From Haplodiscus bocki (taxonomy: Eukaryota), in assembly GCA_965655095.1 (NCBI GenBank), contig OZ296650.1, forward strand, positions 24,800,001 to 24,864,000: 64,000 nucleotides of DNA, read 5' to 3'. The position numbers were made by a program, and so were the translations under genes. The stretch's first letter is position 1, and every line of letters starts with the position of its first letter. Below the pieces are notes generated by a model. It had not been told where the DNA came from, searched no databases, and was given only the letters and a program-made list of their open reading frames with translations. Positions 1-11,449 of the stretch are shown piece by piece.

Positions 1-114
1 TGTTCAAGTTTCCCGACCCAGTGGTTTGTCTTTGTTTATGCCGGCAGCGCCTACTCTCGTCTGCATCTGGTTTGAGATGCTTTGATAATTGGTCATCATT
101 CTTATCCATCTCGT

Positions 115-690
115 CTAGGAGTTGTTGTAACGTTCAACCAGGGTGGCAAGTTTTGCTGGGGGTTCCTTTCTCCGGATCATCTCCTCAATTTTTTCATTCA
201 TTTGTCGCTTTTTTTCGAAGCCGAGACTCAATTTATCTTGTAATCGACACAACGTGAGACAATGCCCTCGTTCCTTCAAGTTCCGGGCGAGCCATCTCGA
301 GACCCATTCCATATTGTGGGTGATCCATTGTTTAAGAATAGCTTTCAGAGCTTGGTGACAACTCTCGTGCCATGTGAAGTGGTCATTTGTTACTTTGGGC
401 TTCATCATCTCGTTTTCCGTATTATGAAGGTTCCTCTTTATGACGTCCAGGCGGTTGAAGTGTTCATACAGCATGCCTGCCGCTATATGTTTCTTGCCCA
501 CTGGTTGCATGAATGCTTTATTGGATGCTTCAGCGCAATTTTTTGATATCCATCACTGTTTTCTTCAGAGACTCCACATGGGTTTTCAATTTGAGCGAGT
601 TACTGGAACTTTTCAATTGTTTGACAGGTTTTTTGTCTGTGTACAAAAACAAGTCTTCCGTAACCACTGGCGTAGCCATATTCACACGTC
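115..690 (-). pseudogene. Interrupted coding remnant of unknown family (possibly TE gag-like)
   Basis: Minus strand reads MATPVVTEDLFLYTDKKPVKQLK...KKLR*, followed by the 131-aa ORF 115..510 with protein-like, helix-compatible composition. No recognisable motif. Confidence 0.2.
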
Positions 691-2059
691 TCCGAATACG
701 CCAATTACAGTTAGCGTTTTAGATAACTGGCAGACGCAAACGTCCAAACAACTACAGCAGGAAACCAACTGGAATAAAAGATATGTGGCAGACGCAAACG
801 TCCAAACTACCACAGTATCAAGTTTCCTGAATTCGGAAAATCTGTCCCAAATGTAACGTCTGACTCAAATCCCAACAATTGATTCAAGCTTTTGCCGGTC
901 CTTGGTTCATCCTGCTCATCATCAGTTGAACAGGATTCTATTTTTTCGAAAGACTTTGTTTTTTGCTCATGTGAAATAGCTCCACTAGATTGCCATTTCC
1001 TAACTTTGATAATTTCTATCTTCATACCTTCTTCGAACTGGACTACCTTGGTGATTTTGATCCAACTTGACTGAAATCTGTCGTTAGCGCTCGCCTATGA
1101 AGAACTAAATGATTTATTTACAGGGTAATGATCAACCGCTTAATAGGGTTATTCAAAACTGGTCTAACTGACTAGAAGAACTCATTGTTTACATAGCAAA
1201 CAACAACAGTAATACAAAAAAGTAAAGTTATAAAGCGTGAAAAAAAAGTGGAATGTTGGCGGTAAAAACCAAAACTACCCTATAAGAACCACAAATAGAT
1301 GAAAGGGGTAAAATATCTCAAGATGAAAGAATATACAAGAACTGAGTAAAATAGTGAAAATTTGTAGAGAAATAACACAAAAATCATTGAAATTATCCAT
1401 GTAATTAAATTAGTTAATTGTCACAAACAGGTACGTAGCATCCAAAAAAGCACTATGTGGGCCAAAACACGTAAATTATAGAGACGTGACATGCATGAAA
1501 GTTTGAGAGGGGCAAATGTTCACAGGAAACGGGAAATCACGCCACTAAATATCAAGTTTGCTAAGTTATTCTCATGAAAACAGCAAATTCTCTCCAAGCA
1601 AGTTATCAAACAAAAATCAAATGAGACTTCATACCAAAAAACAAAAATTTCTGAAACACCAATGAAACAAATACAGCGTTTTAATATAATTGATTCATCA
1701 AAGAGATGGATAAACTCATGAAATTAATCAAAAACTTGACATAAGGCATGATGGCTAAAAAAGACAGGTTGAGCGAGTTGATGAAAAACTTTATCTCCGA
1801 TTTGGATGATAATTGGCATGTCGATACGCTAGGTTAAGAAAAGGTTCAGAACCCAAGGGCAGGGTCTACGGGTCAACGTGACCATAAAAAATCACAGTTT
1901 CAAGGTTTCCATAGGTCTTAAGACCATTTGGGTACTTCGACCGGTCAAAATTGAAACCACTCTGCACATACCACTGAATTGCATTACAACGGCTGATAAG
2001 AAGTTCTCAGGGCTCAATATCTAACCTCTTAAACCACTCCATGATTATACAAAGGTAAG

Positions 2060-2350
2060 AAATATTCTCAAGATTTTTAGTTTTTTGAGTCTTTGGCGCC
2101 AACATATGTACTGGATGCAGTTTTTCTGCTAAAAAGCTCTGCGTTAGCATTCAGCTGGTTTCGCAGTACCATGAAGTGATTTAAGTTTTGCTTCTCTCAT
2201 TGGAAGACTTTCGCGAGTCGGAAATCTTTTCTGTCATCTTATTTGGAGACTCTGAGTCCTATATCGAAAACTTGGAATCGTTTTTGGACCAAGAAACCTG
2301 ACTAAATTTTTTCATGGTGTTTACGAAAGTCTTTAAAGTTGCCGCAGGTT
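2060..2350 (-). pseudogene. Decayed small gene fragment, probably Polinton accessory (PC4-like ssDNA-binding candidate)
   Basis: Frameshifted pieces QVSWSKNDS...NHFMVLRNQLNANAELFSR. Similar in character to the fragment at 5500-5960 and next to the Polinton debris. Family call is weak. Confidence 0.25.
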
Positions 2351-3499
2351 AGCTTGTTCAAAAAAACAGTAGTTTTGAGAACCAGGGCTTTTGGTTGTCA
2401 ATATAGTCAGCTGGTTGCTGGAAGTGGTGATTTTTTTGAGAATGAAAGTTAGAGATTGATGTTGGAGGAGCAAGTTGGTACTTATTTACGCTCCTTTTTC
2501 GGTCATTGTTCTATGGTGTTTTCTTATTCGACCACTTTCAGGTGACATTTCCACGAAAAGCGTTGCTTCACTTTTTCAGTCTGGGTCATGTCTTTTTTTT
2601 GTGACCAAAAAATAGTAACACTTTGTTCGTGAGATTCATTTTTTGAAAAAACGATTCAACAACCAAATGGCAGCAGTAGTGTTCCAAATGATCACCATCT
2701 TTTATACAAATTTTTCGGAGCAAGTCTTTTTTTTTCTGGAAACGCAGATGAAAAATTCATTGTGAGTAAACACTACTGTATGGCCCATCACCATGACAAC
2801 ATGTGCTTCCTAGCCAAACGCAGATACAATTTTCTACTTGTAGCAGAGATTGAAGAAGTGCGACAAAAAGTGGACGCATTCTGTTTCAAGTATCAACACG
2901 TGGACTGCCTACATGCATACATGCACTATTCAGGTATTCATTCAATGGGAAAACTGTTGTCAACAGTGAACAACTCTTTGACGATGTGCGGAGGGCAGTT
3001 CGTTTCAACCAAACAAATTGAGCAGTGGGCAGGATGCCCAGCATCTCAAGAAAGAGACTCTTGAGAAAAAAATTTGTAATTAAACACTTCTCGAGCTCAT
3101 TCCAAAAGACTTCATCAACGCAAGTTAGTAGAACAGTCTTGCCAGGCAGCATTGAACAGGTTAAATTGACTGAATTTGAAGTGGAACTGATATAAACTGT
3201 AGGTTTTTTTCGGGATAATTATGTTAGTTGTACCATTAACTAAATAAATATCAAATGAAAACTTTCAAAGCTAACCATTTTGGAAACCCATAGAGACTTG
3301 TAAATGCAATTGATAGTGCAATTGGAATGAGCAACACTGCCTACATCAGGCCCACAGCAATAGGAAAACCAACAAAGAAACAGAGTCCCCCGAATAATTG
3401 AGAACGAAAACTGAATACTAATTGCATTTGTTTTGAAGTAGAATTTTCCACAGAACCTGAAAGACAAGTTGAAGATCAAAAATAAAAGTAACATTTTCC

Positions 3500-3860
3500 C
3501 AACGAGTCATGTTTTGACTCGAAATTTTAACAGCGCGTCAGATTTTGTAACAAAGAGTATGAAATGTGTCACTTTCAGGAAAAAAAGCTGCGTTCAATGG
3601 TCAGATTCAAACAAAAAGCCGACAAAAATTTACAGTTTGAGTATTTTGGCTCCGTGAAAACGACAAACTTTGCTTTTTTGGTGTTTCTTTTTAAAAAGCA
3701 TGGTGTTGACTTTCAAAAAATACAATGTGTCAGTGTTAGAATTGAAACTTTCACATCGTGTCAGATGTTCAAATAATCTATTTTGAACAGGTCAGACATT
3801 GAAATGAATAGTTTTTAACCTGTCAGATTTCAACTTTTTTAATACTAAATTCTAACTTAG
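3500..3860. repeat. Degenerate ~31-32 bp tandem repeat with GTCAGATTT-like core
   Basis: Core variants start at about 3537, 3568, 3600, 3728, 3760, 3791 and 3822, separated by A/T-rich spacers. Confidence 0.65.
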
Positions 3861-5499
3861 CTCCACCACATGTACTTTCCAAAAAGTTATCCTCCACACG
3901 ACCCTACAATATCCTACAATATACAAACAGTTAGAGCCTACAATATCCTCGGCAACTAGGTAGTAGCTTTTATCACCATCCAAACGATAGTCCTATCACT
4001 ATTTCTCAATTTAGCTTCGACTTTTGATTTCGATGTGCTGTCCTACTTTCTCTGTATAAACATGATATTAGCGGACAACAGCTGCTACTTTTAGCAATAT
4101 CGATTGTGAAATTAGACCGCTTCCGTCTTACTTATGTATGACTAACTTTTGAGAAAGAGTTTGAAGAAATAAAACACTTTTATCAAGTTTTTTGATTAAA
4201 GACAAGCACATTAACATTTAAAAATGGTATTCAAACAAGTTTCTGTATACATATTCGGGATCATTCGCAGTTCTTGTTCCAAAAGGGCGACTTCTCATCA
4301 ACACAGCAGGATGAGTTGTTCTCTCGGAGACTGGAGTTGTTGAACGGGGATGAGAATTCTCCTTGTCCTGCTGTTCCTCAATCAGAATTGGATTTCCAGC
4401 TGAAGAACCCATCTGGAAAGCGTTGAAAGTTGTACGGAATAAGGAGTGTCTATGCTTCGTTGGAAAACTGCATCCGTGTTCAGGTCAGGATTCTCCCATC
4501 GAAATTCGGTGTCATCAAGATCGAATACATGACACCCGTGTGTGCTCCTTTCTTGCGTGCCTACGCTTGCGAGTGTTTCATCCTGCATCTCCGTTGACCC
4601 TTGGCTTTTCCGGTTACTTAGAAACAGCGTTAGATGGTTGTTGAAAGAGTGTTTTTTTGAGACAACAACAAACTCCCTGCTGACATAGGAAATTCGGGCG
4701 AATTTTGATGTCATTTCTGGGACGAAAACTTTTACAGTTTGAATAAAATGAATCGGAACCAAAGTCAAGAGACCACTCAAACCATCGTTGGAGACTGGGG
4801 AAATTTATGCTGCCTTTTCATAGACTGAAATTATAGAAAAGGAGACTGAAAATGATTTTCAGGCTAACTGTATCAGCCAAGAGGATGTTACCTCAATGAC
4901 GCCAATAATGGATTGATTTTTGCCCTTTCTGGCCCAAGTTCGAATGTCGTAGATTGTGATTGACGGTGCACTTCCGTCAAAAGGAGTGGTGGTTTTTCAA
5001 TGTAGTCACGACTTCGCTTTTCTGTGAAACAATGTGTCCTATCACCGCCAAACAACATAATTGTCGGTTGTTAGTCCTTAAAAAACTCGAAATATGGCAG
5101 CAGGCCTTGCAGTGCAGACTGTGGTACCAGTTTTTACCAGTCTTTTTCCATGTATGGACATCGACACACTTTTGTTTGGAACATTACCTGCTCGAACAAA
5201 AAGCATCTTCAATTTTACCAATATTTGATTTCTGCGTGTCTTCAAAAGTGAAATCCGTCAGTTCCACATCAACACAAGCGAATATGATCTTTCATCAAAA
5301 GTATAACGCGCAGCTGACACGTGGACGTGGATTCAGCACATTGACCGTCACATCCGCTGTGAGATTTATCTTCTTTCTGAGCCCGGAAAGTTTCCGAAAA
5401 CACATTTTTTTCGACAGTGTACAGTGCTATTGTCGTATCAAAAATCACGAATGATTGCGTTATACATCGCAATTGCTGTCAGTTACTTCACACATGCTT

Positions 5500-5960
5500 G
5501 CATGGTAATGTCGGTTCCATTAGAGGTGGTAACTTTCACGATGGTTAAGTTTGACGTTTTCAGTAAGTTTGAATTGATTACCGTAGAGGTCAAATTTTTT
5601 GATGGAGCAATGAAAGATTTGTTGTTTCGAAATCAGAACGATAAACGAAGATGTCTATTTGAATGCTCAATGATAATTTTTTAGTATTCAGAACAGATAT
5701 TGTCTTTTGACTTCGCAATTTCATTCCCAATTTCGGGTTGCGGTATTGAAATCTGTAAACACTCGTTAGATTAATCAAATGCTTCGAGAAAATTGCACAA
5801 AATGTCAACCAAAGAAGAGATTCTTTTTTGGAAGTGTTCATTATTCCAGGAGGATAAAACCTTGCTCTGTCTTCAAATCGCAAAACTGGAACAATTTGAG
5901 GTCAAAGATTGTTTAATGGAAACTTGGCTAACTCGTCCAACTGGATGCTGTGACTGGGAA
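5500..5960 (-). pseudogene. Decayed Polinton accessory gene (PC4-like candidate)
   Basis: Frameshifted pieces such as DLKLFQFCDLKTEQGFILLE, oriented divergently from PolB. Family assignment is tentative. Confidence 0.3.
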
Positions 5961-6914
5961 AGGTTAAATTATTTTTAGTGAAAACGACTATTTACGTCCG
6001 TTTTCTTCCTCCGGTTTTTCTCGCAAAAATGAGGACAGTTAATACAAACTGGGACTACTTTTTTTGACAGATATCAACTGCTTTTAGTCAACAAACTGTA
6101 CAAGCTGTTTTTGTTGGTGGCGCAGTAGTATAAGCAAAGCGGATTGGTTAAAGGTTTCAAGTTTCAACGATAGCAACACTAGCAACGCCAAGGAATCAGT
6201 TGAAATTATTTCTTCGCGGATATTCAAAAATGAAGTTGCGGTTTAGTGGTTGAAACCTTCGGATCACCAGCTTTTTTTCAGCTGAATACTATCCTGCATG
6301 TTGTTGTTCTGATGGTTTAATCCTCCACAATACATGAACTGTGCAATTTTTAATCTTTTTCTTCTTTTGGAAGACTTTTTCTTCGACAGTTGTGACGGAA
6401 ACGAAACTGATCAACAATATGATTTTATGAGACAAGATGTCTCCCTATGAAATTAGTTTGGTCCACTGGAGTTTTTTCCCCAGACAAGTTGCCACCTCAT
6501 CGGGGAACATGTTCTACTAGATTGATTCCTTCAGACACGCTGTTGGAAGACAATATTCTACTTGATTCACTCTCTCAAACAGTCTGTCACCATAACAAGG
6601 GAAGTTTTTCCGCTTGGAAAGTTTTCACAGACAGGCTGTTTCGTTTGTTTAATTAGTAGTTGGTATATATGTATACCTAATTTAAAAAACCCGCTTTTGA
6701 ACAAAAAGCAAATTATTTGACAGTTCTTTTATGGTTGCGTTTCCTCTTTACAGTTGGTCTTTACTTCTGTGGTCTTTCTGTATGGTATGTTTTGTGGTGA
6801 GTAACACTTGCTTCATATTCTGGCTATTGTTTCCTCTGCATTGCTCCTGTCAAGTTGGTGCAAACTTACCGTTTACTTCAAAACACGCACTCCTATTGGT
6901 GTCACCGAAACGCA

Positions 6915-9900
6915 TTCCCTCAATCGCAACCAGAAAATTACATGTGAGAAATGAGGTACAACAAAGCTTAATGTTGCTCGTTACAGGAACGGTTGCTCTA
7001 CTGGGGCAATGTTTTGTACCCAGAGTTCCAATCGCTACAAAAAAATCCTAAAAAGATTTGAGTTTTTAATGTGCGTAGAAGAGCAGCCTTCCACAACCAG
7101 ATGTTACCTTCAATTTTCGGTAAAAAAGTAAGTTGTGTTAAACGGCTAACTTTGTTATGGAGAGTTCCTAATCCTTTACGATTTCTGGTTAAAAAAACAC
7201 TCAACATAGTTTCTTCCATCAAGAGAGTTTTTGTTGAACCTGACAACATCCTCAAAGAAGTTGATAATGCGCTTTTCAAAGAGGAGTTGCGGTCATATAA
7301 GTAATTTATCGTAGAATCTGAATTTATAGGAGTGAAACAGAAAGTATTTGTTCATGAAATAGAAACCCTCAAAGCTTGATAACAATTTCAACAGCCGAAT
7401 GTCTGCAGCAAAATTGATTATAGGGATAGGGTTCTTCTATAAAAATTTAGAAGATGGAGTCTTCGGATGCTTTTACGCACACGATTACAATACCCTGCTG
7501 GACCGATTGAAGTTTTTGTGCATCAAGGGCTATTTAACTGAGATAGGGGAGATTTGGAACAAAACTGACGTTATCGAATCGTACAGTTGAGAAAAGATGA
7601 AATAAACCGGAGGTTCTACAATTTGACAAAATTAACTGTGTTTGCTTCTCTACTCAAGGAAATACCTTTGGCTCGCAAAGACGCTGCTTTACAAACATTC
7701 TGCTGCAAAATCACACAGTTAACTGTCCCACAACGGAGGAAATTACAAGGTAGCCTTATAAAGACATTTAGTGTTTTTTGTGCCCTTGCTCTCCAATTTC
7801 ACGGAAATCAATGATCTGATGAAAAAGTGTTCGGAAAATTCCTTTTATTGATCAATAAAAAGGATGAAGTTATGCCAATCAGTTCGAAGGTTTCCACATG
7901 AAAGATTTTCTTACTGGTGAGGATCTGCATTTTCTCAATTTTCTGCTATAAGATATAATAATTGTGCATGGAAACAAAATTGGAAAACTTATTCATCAAA
8001 CGAAGTGTTCGGAAATGCGAAGATACTGTGCAAATACTGGGCTACAACAACCATATATAAGAGAAAGCAACATTAATGCAGTCTTCCAATCTTTTGATTG
8101 CACTGATTGCGACACTTTCTTCAGCAGAGTATTCAATTTCGAGCAGTATTCAACCGCAGTGAAGGACTTAAAAATATCTAACCCAAGAATGTATATCGAT
8201 TCCGAGAAAATCTCTTCGCAAAACAGGCTCTTTTGTTATCAAGTAAGCAAATCAACATAGTCTCCTCAAAAACTTAGCAAAATCCGACCCTGAATCCTTT
8301 TGTGCCTTTTAAAATCTTCAGACATAGAAAGAGAATATAGTTGATGGGGCGCATGTCCCAATTTTTTAATCCATTTCTTCAAACCTTGTAGAGGAACCAG
8401 TTTTTTTTGTAACTCCGATCCCCTTCACCTCGATGCTTCTTTTTTTGGAACTCTGGAAATGGGAAAACCTGGCGTCACAAAACAAGTTACAAAAGAAAAG
8501 TTCATTCCATGACACCAAGACAGCGATGAAAAATTAATTGGGAAGCATTTTGTCGAAATTCACTCATGGTCATAGTCAATGGAAGCAGGCGCGAAGCTGT
8601 TTCATGAGTCGAGATGACTTTGACAAAGACAATTGTGCCTCTACTGTTCTGAAGCCGCTGCAAAAATTTAAATAGTATAATCTCCGGGAAATTTTGTAAC
8701 GTTAGGGCAATGTTTTGCAATTATTTGGCTGCAACGGTGCAAAGTATGATCTCAATTTGATCATTTTTTGTTACTTGTTCTTTTTTATTGAACGAGATTT
8801 TGAACCTACTGTTATCAAAAAATCGAACCAATTCACTTTGTTCCAATTCCCCAATTCCATGAGTTCCAGCAATTGGTTATATTGATTTTTCTTGGAGGCG
8901 CAACAAATCTTGTTTCCTTCTTGAAAACATACAAAACTTCAGGGGCTAAAGGTTTTTTTCTCGTGAAATGGATTCGATCAGACAATTCTCCTTCGGATGC
9001 CTTCTACAGTAAACTTCTTAGCGAAAATTCTCTGGAAGCAGAATACAGAGTCGACGTTATTTTCCTAAAAATTGGAAAGACCACAGATCAAACTGTTGTC
9101 AAATTGAAACTATCAAAGCCACTACCTAGTGAAATTTACAACTTTCAATACCTGCAAGAAATATGAAAGAAGGAGCAACTGAGTTCGTTCAAACTCTTTT
9201 TGCACCAGTATGGCATAGAAGATATTGTGCTAACTTCAGAGGCAATACAAAAAATTGCTTTTTACCACGACGACGATATGGATGTGCTGTAGCTGGGTGG
9301 TAGGTTACCAAACGTGGCCAACGTTTGTCTGCATTAGTTCACAGATGCAAATTTCTATGCTTCCACAGAGGGAGGCAAAAAGCTATTGTAAGAAACTCGA
9401 AAAGGTTTTGATGGTTGTCCATCTATTGTTTTTACACGTAAAGCAGTCGTTGACAAAACTTTCAATCGGATATCTACGATTATTTGTAAACCTATTGTCG
9501 GTAGTGACGCTAACCCACTCTACGCGTACACTATGAGTCAACCGATATCAACTGGTTTTTATACATGTTTGGATTTTGTTTCAGAATCCGGGAGATTCAC
9601 CCACCATTGAAACAAAACTCGAAGCTTTGAAAATTTGGCCGTGTCTTTTTTCCGACAAAACTAGCCAGAATGAAACAATGAAAGCTTCTATACATCAGGC
9701 AGATAGAAAGAATTTGACTGCCTCAGTATTGCTGACTTTTGTTCAGATTGCAACATTGTGTTTGAGGCCGTTTGTTGTTTCTTTTACTTTTGGCTTTGCC
9801 AAGAAATGAGTCCAGTATCAGTGAAAAAGACATCAGAGGCCGCCGTAAAAAGATTGAGCTTGGTGCGTTCAGACCGGACGAAATATAAGAAAAAGGCTTC

Positions 9901-11183
9901 TTTTCTTTGAAGTGTGGTAATATGAGTGGTGCAGACTGTAGACGACAATCAATAGTAACAAACAAGATATCCGATAACACCTTCCTTGCAGCTGTTCACT
10001 TGCAGCTGAGCAAGTATTAGGAGAGATGAAAAAGGAAATTTGTTGGGCTAAGTTCAGTGCATTCATGAAGAACCTGATTATTCGAATTAATTTTGATCAC
10101 TTCCATCCAATCTTCAAGAACACTTGACTTAGCAAGAACGATATCGAGGACCTATTGAAGAACTATCCCGAAGAAGGATTGATGTCTCAACCTCATAAAA
10201 TGCTGATTTTGCGTCACACTACAACACGGTACATTGATCACTCCCACCTTTTTCTTTTAACTTGAAATTGGCCGTGTTTGTTCAAACATACTTTGTTTTA
10301 AAAAGTTCACTCCGAAGAAAAGTTTCAACAGATTTGTACAGTCCGCAGTTGATGCATTAAAACAAAGTGCCATTTTTTTCGAGTGTCGTCGCAGATACAA
10401 TGAAACTCCCAATCAACACCTCCCACGCCTAATAGATAATAGAACGCAGCCGACACAGTGCGACGATGTACCTCTGTGGCGAAAAGACACATGCCGCTAT
10501 CAATAGTGTATTATAAGGAGCTGGATCACGTGAACATTGCTTGATATAATTTTGAGCTAGAAAAAGCACAGAATGAACCCTTGAAGCCAATTCTTGTCGG
10601 TTTCTGCGCTCTCAATATGCAAAACTACGAGCGCTGGAACTGTAATAAAACTTTTTCGCCGAAGTTTGTGGTTTAAACATGTTCGAAGAGTTGGAAATGA
10701 ACCCTGTTTCTCTCTATATTGTTCTTGCTGATAAGGAACGGGAAAAATTAATCCGGCATGAACTAAAAGCAAAGTGGGGGAAAGTAAGTTCAGCAAATTG
10801 CAATGTTAGTTTCAGTGCCGACCCAGTTGGATTTTCCTGCCGCCGAACATGCTGTTCAAACAAAAAGAACATGACAAGTGAGAGTCTGGAGTCTTCAAAT
10901 AGGAGTTCAAATGTACAGAGTTGTTACGTTTTCGTAGCAAAACGCATTGCTGCTATGATGTTTGCTCGAACAAAATTGTTGTTAAAAGTAAAATCTTCAA
11001 CAAACGTGTGTTGGAACAGAGGAGTGAAGTACCAAAGTGAAAAGGAACGTCAACAAGGAGAGGTGTCCGAACACACAATCACGCTGTTGGAACATAAGAA
11101 CAAAATAAGAAAAGGCTTTTTGACTTTTATCCGGAAAAAAAGGTGAAACTGTTGGAATTCACACTCAAACTCTCAGTTTGTAA
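6915..11183 (+). pseudogene. Protein-primed family B DNA polymerase (Polinton-type pPolB) with many stops and frameshifts
   Basis: Motif remnants in the expected order: Cys-containing N-terminus (LNRNQKITCEK*GT), ExoI KNLAKSDPESFC (~8270), ExoII FGCNGAKYDL (~8725), KGFFLVKW (~8950; KGxFPY), motif A IVGSDANPLYAY (9494; DxxSLYP), motif B TMKLPINTSHA (~10397; KLxxNSxYG), motif C ELEMNPVSLY (~10688; DTDS), and C-terminus GIHTQTLSL* ending at 11183. Confidence 0.85.
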
Positions 11184-11449
11184 TATAATGAACTTCTTCC
11201 GTCTAATATTTTTTTTTTCGTTCAATTTCGAACCTTCTAATTAACTTTTTGAACTTTAAAACAACTTTTTTCATAGCAAAAAGTCCCAGCGGTAGCCGCA
11301 AATGTCATAATTTATCTGCGTTATTGTAGTAATCCGCGAAGGCCAGAAAAAAAGTTCACAGAAAGTTCGATAAGTCTTCAAAGTCAGGAAGAAGAGTTTT
11401 TAAGCTCACTCGTTTTCTATTTATATTGCAAAACTTTAACCTATGCTAA

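Larger units (their letters stand above)
3960..11300. mobile_element. Degenerate Polinton/Maverick-like element (partial)
   Basis: Contains a protein-primed PolB pseudogene on + and several small decayed ORFs on - (e.g. 4218..4412, 5500-5960). No TIR, integrase, ATPase or capsid gene recognised, so the boundaries are approximate. Confidence 0.75.

Noticed and set aside
2762-3064. 100-aa His/Cys-rich ORF
   Set aside because: GTG start, no motif recognised and no splice support, so it cannot be called.
3500-3860. CRISPR-like repeat/spacer pattern
   Set aside because: Short degenerate cores with A/T-rich spacers, eukaryotic TE context and no cas genes.
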